Source: Sphingobacteriaceae bacterium (GTDB taxonomy: Bacteria; Bacteroidota; Bacteroidia; Sphingobacteriales; Sphingobacteriaceae). From it: DNA of 32,000 nt. Positions 16,895 to 25,829 of this stretch are shown here, in pieces (the first letter of the stretch is position 1; every line of letters begins with the position of its first letter). Location: NCBI GenBank assembly GCA_965279595.1, contig OZ257246.1, positions 779,767 through 811,766 of the forward strand, written 5' to 3'. The translations under genes were made by a program, and so were the position numbers. The notes beneath the pieces are model-generated. The model was not told the origin of the DNA and searched no databases. It saw only the letters and a list, made by a program, of their open reading frames with translations.

Positions 16895-17490
16895 TGCTAA
16901 GTTGGAATTTAGAAGAGTTGATATCGAAATCTTTTGATGCCAATTCTTATTTAGCATTTTTTGAAACTTTGGTTGCCAATAAAAAAACAACCGGATCTGC
17001 ACAAACAAAATTCATGATTGAATACACGGCTAATAATTTAGCGATTACTAAAAAGTGTATTGAAGAAATTCCACAAGAGAAATTAAATGCTTTATCTTCA
17101 AAAATAAAACAAGACACTTTATGGGTATTATTTACAGAGCCTTGGTGTAGCGATGCAGCCTATAGCGCAGCTGTTTTCATTAGCTTAGCGGCTATTAACC
17201 CACATGTACAATTACGCATATTATTGCGTGATGAAAACAATGAAATTTTTGATAATTATTTAACAGCTAACAAAAGGCAAATTCCAAAATTAGTTGTTTT
17301 TAATACAAATACTTTAGAAGAAATTTTTACTTGGGGAGCAAGGCCTAAAAAGTTGAATGATATTTTGAAAAAACTCATTGAAGAAAAAGGGCATATACAT
17401 ATCAACGAAAAGAAATTATTAGTTCATCAGTGGTATATGAATGACAAGCAAGTAGAATTATTTAAAGAGTTGGATGAATTAATACCATAA
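16894..17490 (+). CDS. Thioredoxin-fold family protein (Thioredoxin_9-like)
   Basis: The 198-aa product contains LWVLFTEPWCSDAAYSAAVF in the position of the thioredoxin-fold active-site strand and helix, and later IPKLVVF. The TAATG overlap with the upstream ORF suggests coupling. Confidence 0.6.
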   Translation: MLSWNLEELISKSFDANSYLAFFETLVANKKTTGSAQTKFMIEYTANNLAITKKCIEEIPQEKLNALSSKIKQDTLWVLFTEPWCSDAAYSAAVFISLAAINPHVQLRILLRDENNEIFDNYLTANKRQIPKLVVFNTNTLEEIFTWGARPKKLNDILKKLIEEKGHIHINEKKLLVHQWYMNDKQVELFKELDELIP

Positions 17491-17523
17491 AAAAAGCCCA
17501 TGTAAAATATACACGGGCTTTTT
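17491..17523. terminator. Bidirectional rho-independent terminator between convergent genes
   Basis: A-run at 17489-17495, stem GCCCATGT (17496-17503) / ACACGGGC (17511-17518) with one mismatch, then T-run at 17519-17523. Confidence 0.7.
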
Positions 17524-17540
17524 AATTTCTATAAATAATA

Positions 17541-19583
17541 CTACCAAACTTTTACACGATCAGCAGCAGGTCTGTACATTTTGTCTCCTTCTTTCACACC
17601 AAAAGCTTCATAAAACTCAGGCATGTTTGTTAAAGGACCATTGGTACGATATTTACCTGGTGAATGTGGATCAGTTACAATGCGTTGGTTCAAATTCTCA
17701 GGAGTAATATTTTGTCTCCAAACTTGAGCCCAACTTAAAAAGAATCTTTGATCTGCAGTAAATCCATCAATTTTTTCATTGGCTTTTCCTTGAGCAGTTC
17801 TTTTAAACGCATCATAAGCAATATTGATACCACCAACATCTGCAATGTTTTCACCTAAAGTTAATTCACCATTTACATGCACATTATCTAAAACAGTATA
17901 TGCTGAATATTGATCAACTAACATTTTAGTTTTCTCTTTAAATCTTCTGTTGTCTTCTTCAGTCCACCAATTTTTTAAATTTCCTTCTTTATCGAATTGA
18001 CAACCTTGATCATCAAAACCATGAGTCATTTCGTGACCTATAACAGCACCAATACCTCCATAGTTAATGGCATCATCAACAGTTGGATCAAAGAAAGGGA
18101 ATTGTAAAATACCAGCAGGGAATACAATTTCGTTGATGTTCGGATTATAATAAGCGTTGATAGTATGTGGCGTCATTCCCCATTCTGTTTTATCAACAGG
18201 CTTTCCTAATTTTTTAATCATCTCATCAAATGCAAATTCATTAGAACGAATAATATTCATTACATAAGAGCTGCGATCAATAGTTAATGGAGTATAATCT
18301 TTAAACTTATCAGGGTATCCAATTTTTTTAATGAATACGTCTAATTTAGCAATGGCTTGTTGTTTAGTTGAATCGCCCATCCAATCTAATTTACCAATAC
18401 GTTCACGATAAACGGCTTGCATATTAGTTAACATTTCAATGCAACGTTGTTTTGCTTCTTCAGGGAAATATCTTTTCACATAAACAGATCCTAATGCTTC
18501 ACCTACGCCACCATCAATATCGCCCAATACACGCTTCCATCTTGGTTTCATTTCTTTTGCACCGTTCATTGTTTTGCCATTAAATGCAAAACTTTCTGCA
18601 ACAAAAGCTTGGTTTAATTTTCCAGCAAATGAACTTACTAAATGCCATCTCATATAAGTTTTCCAAGCTTCCATTTTTTCTGTTTTAATCATTTTGTCTA
18701 CCTCAGCAAAAAACTTAGGTTGACTCATGATAAACTCTTTTACATCCTTCAATCCAGCTGCATTGAAGTGTGCATTCCAATCTATTGTTGAAGTAACTTT
18801 GTTTGCTTCAGCAATTGTTTTCTTATTGTAAGATGCATATGGGTCGCGCATTTCAACTCGAGTCATTGAAGCTTTTGCCATTTGCGTTTCTAGACGCATG
18901 ATGGTTTGTGCATTTGCTTTTGCTGTAGCTTCATCATCACCCATTAATTTAAACATGCGTTCTAAATGGGAAATAAATTCTTTACGAATTTCAATTGAAC
19001 GCTCATCTGTATTTACATAATAATCACGATCAGGTAAACTTAATCCACCTTGATCTGCATAAGGAATATAAGCAGTACTTACTTTCATGTCTTGATATAC
19101 ATAAAAATTAAATAAAGGTGCTACTCCTGTGCGTTGATATTTTGCAACTAATTTCAAGAAATCATTTTTGTCTTTCATTGCTTGAATTTCATCAAACGAT
19201 GATTTCAATGGAGAAATTCCTGCTTTTTCAATAGCGATAGAATCCATTCCACTTGCGTAAAAATCACCTACTTTTTGTTCATTACTTCCACTTTTTGCAG
19301 AAGTATTAGCTGCGGCTTCTTCTAATAATACTTTTAGCTTTTTGTTTGTATTATCTTGGAGAATTGTAAATGCTCCCCAGCGCGTTTCTGTACTTGGTAT
19401 TGGATTGTTTTTCATCCATTGACCGTTTGCGTAACTGTAAAAATCATCTTGAGGGCGAACTGTTGTATCAATATTTGCTACATCAATTGCTGTGATTTTT
19501 TCTGAACTTTGGTTTGTTTTACAGGCATTAACTACCAGAACAACACCAAGTGCAGCACTTAAATAAATTGAAGACTTCATCAT
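17541..19583 (-). CDS. M13 family zinc metallopeptidase (neprilysin/PepO-like endopeptidase), secreted or lipoprotein
   Basis: The zinc site is VIGHEMTHGFD (HExxH) with downstream GENIADVGG. The signal peptide contains a Cys (LVVNAC). The C-terminus is ...RVKVW, typical of M13. Confidence 0.92.
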   Translation of the reverse strand: MMKSSIYLSAALGVVLVVNACKTNQSSEKITAIDVANIDTTVRPQDDFYSYANGQWMKNNPIPSTETRWGAFTILQDNTNKKLKVLLEEAAANTSAKSGSNEQKVGDFYASGMDSIAIEKAGISPLKSSFDEIQAMKDKNDFLKLVAKYQRTGVAPLFNFYVYQDMKVSTAYIPYADQGGLSLPDRDYYVNTDERSIEIRKEFISHLERMFKLMGDDEATAKANAQTIMRLETQMAKASMTRVEMRDPYASYNKKTIAEANKVTSTIDWNAHFNAAGLKDVKEFIMSQPKFFAEVDKMIKTEKMEAWKTYMRWHLVSSFAGKLNQAFVAESFAFNGKTMNGAKEMKPRWKRVLGDIDGGVGEALGSVYVKRYFPEEAKQRCIEMLTNMQAVYRERIGKLDWMGDSTKQQAIAKLDVFIKKIGYPDKFKDYTPLTIDRSSYVMNIIRSNEFAFDEMIKKLGKPVDKTEWGMTPHTINAYYNPNINEIVFPAGILQFPFFDPTVDDAINYGGIGAVIGHEMTHGFDDQGCQFDKEGNLKNWWTEEDNRRFKEKTKMLVDQYSAYTVLDNVHVNGELTLGENIADVGGINIAYDAFKRTAQGKANEKIDGFTADQRFFLSWAQVWRQNITPENLNQRIVTDPHSPGKYRTNGPLTNMPEFYEAFGVKEGDKMYRPAADRVKVW

Positions 19584-19699
19584 AATTTAATGGTTTGGGA
19601 GGCAAGTTAATAATATTTTGTATGGGGATTAATTTGATTACACGATTGTTACAATTCCTTTACAATCTGATGTCTAATCTGAATAAACATTGAATTCAC

Positions 19700-19707
19700 T
19701 ATCTTTG
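19700..19707 (+). promoter_or_regulatory. Candidate Bacteroidota -7 promoter box for the nuclease gene
   Basis: TATCTTTG is an exact TAnnTTTG match, 17 nt upstream of the ATG at 19724. Confidence 0.45.
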
Positions 19708-19723
19708 CAGCTTAATACCAGTT

Positions 19724-21382
19724 ATGAAAAAGTTAATTTTTATTCTTTCTATTGTTTTAATCGGCTTTAATGCAAATTCACAAGGATTAACCATTAATTC
19801 CACTCAATTGAACTTTGCCAGCACTTTTGAAAATGCAGCCGATAGCCAGTTTATTTCTATTAAAAACAACACTGAAAGTAATATCGTTTTAAAGGAGTTT
19901 AGATTTTACGCTTTCTATAATAGCTATCCATTTTATGTTAAACAGGATACACTAAATATTCTTGCAAACGACTCTGCTGGATTTTATATTTATTTTAAAC
20001 CACTTCATAATGTATTACATAATGCAGAACTTTTTGTAATTACAGAACCATCTATTTATTCATTTTCAATTGATTTAAAAGGTCAGGGTAAATACAGTAA
20101 AACTTATTATAATTCAACAGAAAACAAATCAGAAGAGGATTTGAAAGCGTCCATTAAAACATTGGTTGCACAAGGATATGTTTCCTTAGGTTACAATACT
20201 GCACGTGATAAAATGTTCATGGAGATTGATAATAAATTTGTGAACGGTCAAGGTGCAGGTTCAAATACACTAGAATGTGTATATACAGGCAAATTGGCTT
20301 TTGGATATACAGATAGAACTTCTGCACAAACCAATTTTAACTTCAATACAGAGCACACTTTTCCTCAAGGGTTTTTTAGTCAGAATGAACCTATGCGTTC
20401 AGACTTACACCATTTATTTCCAACCAATGATGCGGCTAATAATAGTAGAAATAACTTTGCTTTTGGTGTAGCTACCTTACCATATCAAAATGATGCTACA
20501 AATACACCTTCACATTTAGGTTCTAATAGCATTTATGAACCAAGGGATACACAAAAAGGCAGAACCGCAAGAGCGATGATGTACTTTGTATTGCGATACC
20601 AGGATTATACAAACTTTTTTGCAACACAGGAATCTATTTTGCGTCAATGGAATGCTACATACCCCCCAAATGCTGTTGATATAGCTAGAAACAATGCCAT
20701 TCAATTGGTACAAAAAAATAGAAATCCATTTGTTGATTATCCTCAATTGGCAGATAGGATTCAGAAAATTGTTGGCACTTCAACTGCGCCTGTTATTAGA
20801 GGAAGTGATTATATTAAAACGATTACTACTTCAGAATTGATAGACACAAATTTGGTTTATCACTTTGAAATTCCTTATGTCAATACAGGAAATACAAGTT
20901 TAACCTTAACTAATTTTAAAAGCACTGACGCTGTTAGTCATTTGACATTAATTGCTGATACCATTCAATTAGCAGCTAATGAGGCTACCAAACTATCTAT
21001 AGATATTCAAACAACTGACACATCAGGATTAATAATTGATAGTATTTTATTTTTGAACAATGGGCAACCTGAATTTTTCATAATCAAGGCTAATATTAAA
21101 AAGACAATTACAATTGGATTTGATTCAAATATTCCCAATTCGGAGATTCAATTTTACCCAAATCCTGTTTTTAACCAAGCAATTATTCAATTAAAATCCA
21201 ATAATTATGTAAATGCGATTTTATTGATAGATGTATTAGGAAAAACGCATCGATTAAGTTTTGAAAAAATTGATTCAAAAAACTTGTTAATAGATTTATC
21301 TCCATTTCATTCTGGAATCTATTGGTTATCAATAAAATCTAACCAAAATACAATCCAAAATCTAAAAATTATTAAAAATTAA
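19724..21382 (+). CDS. Secreted endonuclease I family nuclease with N-terminal Ig-like domain and T9SS C-terminal sorting domain
   Basis: The endonuclease I core reads TEHTFPQGFF ... DLHHLFPTNDAANNSRNN ... RNPFVDYP. The C-terminal roughly 80 aa read FYPNPVFNQAIIQL...IDVLGK...SGIYWLSIKS...KIIKN, which matches the T9SS type A CTD pattern. Confidence 0.85.
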   Translation: MKKLIFILSIVLIGFNANSQGLTINSTQLNFASTFENAADSQFISIKNNTESNIVLKEFRFYAFYNSYPFYVKQDTLNILANDSAGFYIYFKPLHNVLHNAELFVITEPSIYSFSIDLKGQGKYSKTYYNSTENKSEEDLKASIKTLVAQGYVSLGYNTARDKMFMEIDNKFVNGQGAGSNTLECVYTGKLAFGYTDRTSAQTNFNFNTEHTFPQGFFSQNEPMRSDLHHLFPTNDAANNSRNNFAFGVATLPYQNDATNTPSHLGSNSIYEPRDTQKGRTARAMMYFVLRYQDYTNFFATQESILRQWNATYPPNAVDIARNNAIQLVQKNRNPFVDYPQLADRIQKIVGTSTAPVIRGSDYIKTITTSELIDTNLVYHFEIPYVNTGNTSLTLTNFKSTDAVSHLTLIADTIQLAANEATKLSIDIQTTDTSGLIIDSILFLNNGQPEFFIIKANIKKTITIGFDSNIPNSEIQFYPNPVFNQAIIQLKSNNYVNAILLIDVLGKTHRLSFEKIDSKNLLIDLSPFHSGIYWLSIKSNQNTIQNLKIIKN

Positions 21383-21569
21383 GGGGGAAATAGCTCGAAT
21401 TATAAAAATCAATCCAAGGTTTAAAAACCCAATTTAGATTAAATAGGAATGGTTTTAATAAATTTAGTTGTGCTAAAAAGCTGTTTTTATTATTATTTTA
21501 AGCATATTTAGACAATTGTTAGAATTTTATTAGGAAAAGTAGTAAATTGTAGCCCCTATACCCAGTAAA

Positions 21570-23402
21570 ATGTTGAGGACGAGTAAAAAACACAACAGAA
21601 AAAAAATTCTTGCAATTCTTGCACTTGCGTTTTTTATGTTAAATAATGCTGGGGTAAGTTTGGCCCAATCAAATAATAATAACGAGAACCCTTATTCAAA
21701 AGAAAATTACTCAGATGCAAAAAAATTGCAACGTGTGGTTTATAATATTATTCAACCATATTTAAAAGGAACAAATTTTTTAGTTGATGTAAAAATTAAA
21801 AAACAGTCATTTGAAGTTGATTCAGCAGGTGTTCAAATAACTGATGTTGATACAGGTATGGCGGTTGATTATTTACCAGGTGTAGCTGATGGCTCCAATG
21901 TTGTAATAAATGATAATGGAGTTTACGCGCCTTTTAATATTGGCAATGGTAAAACAAAAACAGTAGTTATAGTAATGGACACCTGCTATGATTCCAATGC
22001 ATTGGCTTTTATTGACAATTTAGTTAGAAGTACAATTCCATTTGATGCTGCCAACGGTGATAGATTATTGGTACAATCGCAGGTCTTTCCTGCTTCACCA
22101 AATTCATTTCCACCAGTTCAAAAGCCAGTACCTAACGTTGCTTCACTAAGTCCATTCCCTATTCAACAGCAACCTTCTATACAACAAACATTTCCTCAAG
22201 TAACCAAAAATGAAACACCACCTGAAAGTGGTTCATTAAACATGGCAGCTTTGATTCCATACTTGATCATAATTTTGTTGTTCATGCTTTTTGCTTTTGT
22301 TATTTTATATCTTTTGTTAAGACCCAAAAAGAAAAAGCAAAATGAAGAGCTACAATCGATACATCAAAAAATTGAACAATTAGAAAATGCTGCTAGAGCA
22401 CCGATATTAATTCAACATGATGACAACTTAGATAATTATGCAAAGTTGGCGGATATGCGTTCATATGTTACTAAAGAATTTATTAGCAATAAAAATAAAG
22501 TTGCAGATTTATTCAATGAGTGGGTGGAAGTAGATGAAAGTGCTGGTCTTCAAAAAATAGTTAACATTTTAAAAGCTACCAATCCTAAATTATTACCTTT
22601 TTTAAATTCTCATTTATCAAAAGACAATTACCATTATGTTGAAATTTCATTAGATGATAATCCACCATTGGTTCCTGAAGAGCAGCTAAAACATATTGAA
22701 CAATTTAAAAAAGAAATATCCACTTTTAATACAGCACCAAAAACAAAAGAACGAGATATCTTTCATTTCTTAAATCAATTAAATGAACAACAAATCATGT
22801 ATTTGATTAAAGAAGAAAGTGAAGAGTTAGCTGCCATTGTATTGGCTCAATTGAACCCTAAAAGATGTATGAGTATTATCAAAAATTTTGACAGTACTAA
22901 ACAATCAATCATTCTACAAAAAATGAGCAGCATCAATGATTTGTCGGTTGCTGTATATAAAGAAATTGCTTCTTATTTTTCTGCGAAAGCTATGTCAATG
23001 AATGATATGAAATATGTGAGTTTGGATGGATTGAAAACTATTATCAGTTTATTAGATACATTACCTACAACTGAACAGAAAAAATACATTGATGATTTAG
23101 CGGGATATGATTTAGATCTCGCAAGAAAAATTAAAGAGCGCTTCATTACTTTCGAAGAAATACAAGATCAAGATGATTACTTTTTGCAACGTGCATTAGA
23201 AGATGTTGATTCAGGTACCATTGCCAAAGCATTGATCAATGCAAATGAAACAACAGTTAATAAATTAATTAGTCTTCGTCCGAAGAGAGAACAATTATTA
23301 ATTAAATCAGAAATTGATTACAATAAAGATTTATTAATAGAAGAAATTGAGAAAGCTAGAAAAGTCATATTAGATAAATTGAAATTGAACTTAGTTGCAT
23401 GA
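21570..23402 (+). CDS. Bitopic membrane protein with a periplasmic RBM-like N-domain, P/Q-rich linker, TM helix and cytoplasmic FliG-like (middle + C-terminal) domain
   Basis: Signal/anchor helix at aa 12-33. Periplasmic domain at aa ~45-170. P/Q-rich linker at aa ~173-222. TM helix MAALIPYLIIILLFMLFAFVILYLLL followed by RPKKKK (positive-inside). The cytoplasmic region aa ~397-608 reads LIKEESEELAAIVLAQLNPKR... GLKTIISLLDTL... LARKIKERFITFEEIQDQDDYFLQRALEDVDSGTIAKALINA...SLRPKREQLLIKSEID...IEKARKVIL. This runs parallel to the FliG_M and FliG_C signatures (EHPQ-helix region, MFxFE..LDD..iQr.LreVD...la.ALKga, torque helix). Confidence 0.7.
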   Translation: MLRTSKKHNRKKILAILALAFFMLNNAGVSLAQSNNNNENPYSKENYSDAKKLQRVVYNIIQPYLKGTNFLVDVKIKKQSFEVDSAGVQITDVDTGMAVDYLPGVADGSNVVINDNGVYAPFNIGNGKTKTVVIVMDTCYDSNALAFIDNLVRSTIPFDAANGDRLLVQSQVFPASPNSFPPVQKPVPNVASLSPFPIQQQPSIQQTFPQVTKNETPPESGSLNMAALIPYLIIILLFMLFAFVILYLLLRPKKKKQNEELQSIHQKIEQLENAARAPILIQHDDNLDNYAKLADMRSYVTKEFISNKNKVADLFNEWVEVDESAGLQKIVNILKATNPKLLPFLNSHLSKDNYHYVEISLDDNPPLVPEEQLKHIEQFKKEISTFNTAPKTKERDIFHFLNQLNEQQIMYLIKEESEELAAIVLAQLNPKRCMSIIKNFDSTKQSIILQKMSSINDLSVAVYKEIASYFSAKAMSMNDMKYVSLDGLKTIISLLDTLPTTEQKKYIDDLAGYDLDLARKIKERFITFEEIQDQDDYFLQRALEDVDSGTIAKALINANETTVNKLISLRPKREQLLIKSEIDYNKDLLIEEIEKARKVILDKLKLNLVA

Positions 23403-24460
23403 AAATAACAAAACACCTATTTGTATTTATTTTTACATTAGTTGCTTTAAATGCTGCAGCTCAAAAAAAATATGACCGTGAATCAAAGCTGACTGAGTTT
23501 AACGATTTATTGATTAGTGTATCCGCCAGCATCAATGATATTCCATTTGCAGCTAGACGAGTAGCTTTATTTGATATTACTTCTCGCTCTGACAATCCTG
23601 TTATTATTAGTCAAAAACAATTGCGTTTACAATTTGAAGATGTTTTGAAAAAGAAAGCGTTTACAGTTGTATCTGTTCCGGAATTTGAACGAAAAATGAT
23701 CATGAAAATCAATGGTAATGATTCATTGATAAAAATTGATAACCAAAGTGCCATTAGCAATTTTCGTCAACAGCCTGAAAGCTTAGCAGAGCTTTGCAGA
23801 AAATACGGTATTCAAAGTTTGATTGATTGCAATTTGTTTTTTGATAGTGTGAATGGATTTGTCATGAATATTCGATTTGTAAATGCATCAACAAGAGAAG
23901 TGCTTTGGAATGAAACGCTATATTCAAGAGTAAAAGAATCTACTTTTAAAGTTCGTAAACGAATTAATTTTGGAGCTGGGTTAACAGTGATAAACTCTTT
24001 CCAAGAAAATACAACTGTTTATTCATCAAATACAATTACTACTTCTTTCTTAGCTGAATATACCTATGACCAAAATATGTCTGCTGATAATACAGCATTT
24101 TTTGGATTGTTCGCACGTTTAAATTATTACAACTTGCGATTAGCCACAAGTGCAGTCAGTGAAAATAATAAACTAGGGAGCGCCTTTTTCCCAGGAGTAG
24201 GTATTCGTGGTTCAAAATTATTTTATAAAAAGAAACAAACTCAAGGTTACTGGTTTGAATATCAATTAGGCGGTGGAGTTACTATTTACAATAAATTGTT
24301 TGGTCAAGTTAACCAAGCAATGAACATAAGTTTAACAAAGAATTTCGGAATTGGAATGATGATGGAGTATAACTTAATTGCTCCGAAGTATTCTAAAGGT
24401 GTTACTTCTGTTTCATTTAATAATATTAATTATGCGTTTTCCCTTGCTTATAAATTCTAA
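23399..24460 (+). CDS. Outer-membrane beta-barrel protein with a CsgG/LpoB/FlgO-like periplasmic N-domain (tentative)
   Basis: The signal peptide is MKITKHLFVFIFTLVALNAAAQ. The N-domain reads RRVALFDITSRS ... LAELCRKYGIQSLIDCNLFFDSVNGFVMNIRFVNASTREVLWNETL. The C-terminal half has alternating aromatic/hydrophobic beta-strand patterning and ends in ...NYAFSLAYKF (terminal Phe, an OMP signature). An ATGA overlap joins it to the upstream gene. Confidence 0.6.
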   Translation: MKITKHLFVFIFTLVALNAAAQKKYDRESKLTEFNDLLISVSASINDIPFAARRVALFDITSRSDNPVIISQKQLRLQFEDVLKKKAFTVVSVPEFERKMIMKINGNDSLIKIDNQSAISNFRQQPESLAELCRKYGIQSLIDCNLFFDSVNGFVMNIRFVNASTREVLWNETLYSRVKESTFKVRKRINFGAGLTVINSFQENTTVYSSNTITTSFLAEYTYDQNMSADNTAFFGLFARLNYYNLRLATSAVSENNKLGSAFFPGVGIRGSKLFYKKKQTQGYWFEYQLGGGVTIYNKLFGQVNQAMNISLTKNFGIGMMMEYNLIAPKYSKGVTSVSFNNINYAFSLAYKF

Positions 24461-24998
24461 ACAAACAAAACTGTTTAGACTTTGCAATGTTGCAATTGTT
24501 GGCTTAAGTTTTCTGTTGTTAAATGGAGTTGAACTTCATGCTCAAAGTCCATTTCAAAAAGTTGACACTACGAAAGGTCGAGTAAAAATTAAATATAAAA
24601 ACCAAAATACTTCTATTGATTTGGTACTTGACCCAAACGATCAAGAATTTAATTTAGAATTTAATGGTAGAGATTTAGTAAGCAGTTTAATTATTGTTGA
24701 CAGTACAAAAAAAAGCGGCAAAGATGTAAATTCCTTAACAAGTGCGGAGAATAGCAAGATGCTTCGATTTTATCGTTTATCACAAGATGAATATTATAAA
24801 AAAGCATATGATAGAGCATTATCCTATGTTGATAGCTCTTTATATATTGCAGAAACATCAGAAGCATTGGGTCTGAAAGGAAGTATATTTTTTACAAAGG
24901 GAGAAATTGATCGTGCAAAAAGAAATTGGGAAATGGCGAAGAAAATTGATCCGAATTTTAAAACCCCAGTTATATATCAAAAAAATAGTCGCCAATGA
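24432..24998 (+). CDS. Small secreted TPR-repeat protein
   Basis: I prefer the ATG at 24432 over the ORF-track start at 24378. It gives a normal signal peptide (MRFPLLINSKQTKLFRLCNVAIVGLSFLLLNGVELHAQS), whereas the longer start overlaps the previous gene by 83 nt. The C-terminus is TPR-like: YYKKAYDRALSYVD...ALGLKGSIFFTKGEIDRAKRNWEMAKKIDPNF. Confidence 0.65.
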   Translation: MRFPLLINSKQTKLFRLCNVAIVGLSFLLLNGVELHAQSPFQKVDTTKGRVKIKYKNQNTSIDLVLDPNDQEFNLEFNGRDLVSSLIIVDSTKKSGKDVNSLTSAENSKMLRFYRLSQDEYYKKAYDRALSYVDSSLYIAETSEALGLKGSIFFTKGEIDRAKRNWEMAKKIDPNFKTPVIYQKNSRQ

Positions 24999-25825
24999 GA
25001 TTTTCAATTATAAGTTTGTTTCTTGTTTTGTTTTCCTTAGGATTATTGGCCTTAGGTATTTGTGATGTTATTGGCATTGTACACATAAAAAAAGCATTAC
25101 CTTTTTTATACGTCAACCGATTTTTAGATTTACCTAGTTTCTTAATAGTTGCAGGTGGAACTTTGAGTAATGCATTTATAATATACCCTCCACATTTATT
25201 AGCAACATCTTTTAGTAAATTATTTTTATTGTTCAGTCAGTCAAAAGATAACCAAAAACAATTAGAAAAAGATATTGATTCAGTTGTGTCATGGGCAAAT
25301 GAATATAAAACAAACCGAATTGAATTTCTTAGAACAATTCAAGATAGACAAACACATGATTTCTCAGCATATTTATTTTCATTAGTTAGCACTAATTATT
25401 CAATTGATGAAGTAAAAATTATTGGAGAAGCTAGTATCAACGAGCATCATAATAAATATTTAAAAATTGCTGATGTATTTAAAAACATGGGTAACTCTGG
25501 ACCAGCATTTGGTATGTTCGGAACTTTGTTTGGTTTAGTTTATATGCTTAGTAGTTTAGATGACCCTTCTAAAATTGGACCTGGTTTAGCAACAGGTTTA
25601 TTAGTTACACTTTATGGAGTTTCTATGACTCACTTGCTATTTTTCCCAATGTCGAAAAAAATATTGCTTAATGCAGAATATAATTTAATAAGAGAAGAAA
25701 TGTTATTAGAGGGAATTGAATTAATTGCTGACAATAAATCTCCGCTTTTTATTAAAGATAAATTACAGACCTATTTAGATCGAGCTTATACTATGAAGCA
25801 ATTGAAGAACGAGAATAAAAAGTAA
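24995..25825 (+). CDS. MotA/PomA-type stator proton (ion) channel subunit (MotA/TolQ/ExbB superfamily)
   Basis: The profile shows four TM helices with a roughly 100-aa cytoplasmic loop between TM2 and TM3. Motifs are FLDLPSFLIVAGGTL (MotA TM2 motif), GPAFGMFGTLFGLVYML (TM3 with Pro) and GLLVTLYGVSMTHLLFFPMSKKI (TM4 with Pro). An ATGA overlap joins it to the upstream gene. Confidence 0.85.
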   Translation: MRFSIISLFLVLFSLGLLALGICDVIGIVHIKKALPFLYVNRFLDLPSFLIVAGGTLSNAFIIYPPHLLATSFSKLFLLFSQSKDNQKQLEKDIDSVVSWANEYKTNRIEFLRTIQDRQTHDFSAYLFSLVSTNYSIDEVKIIGEASINEHHNKYLKIADVFKNMGNSGPAFGMFGTLFGLVYMLSSLDDPSKIGPGLATGLLVTLYGVSMTHLLFFPMSKKILLNAEYNLIREEMLLEGIELIADNKSPLFIKDKLQTYLDRAYTMKQLKNENKK

Positions 25826-25829
25826 TTCG

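Noticed and set aside
24378-24431. The ORF-track start at 24378 for the TPR protein (206 aa).
   Set aside because: The first 18 codons overlap the end of the preceding gene by 83 nt and encode a hydrophobic stretch with no charged n-region. The ATG at 24432 gives a conventional signal peptide, so 24432 is preferred. This choice is not certain.
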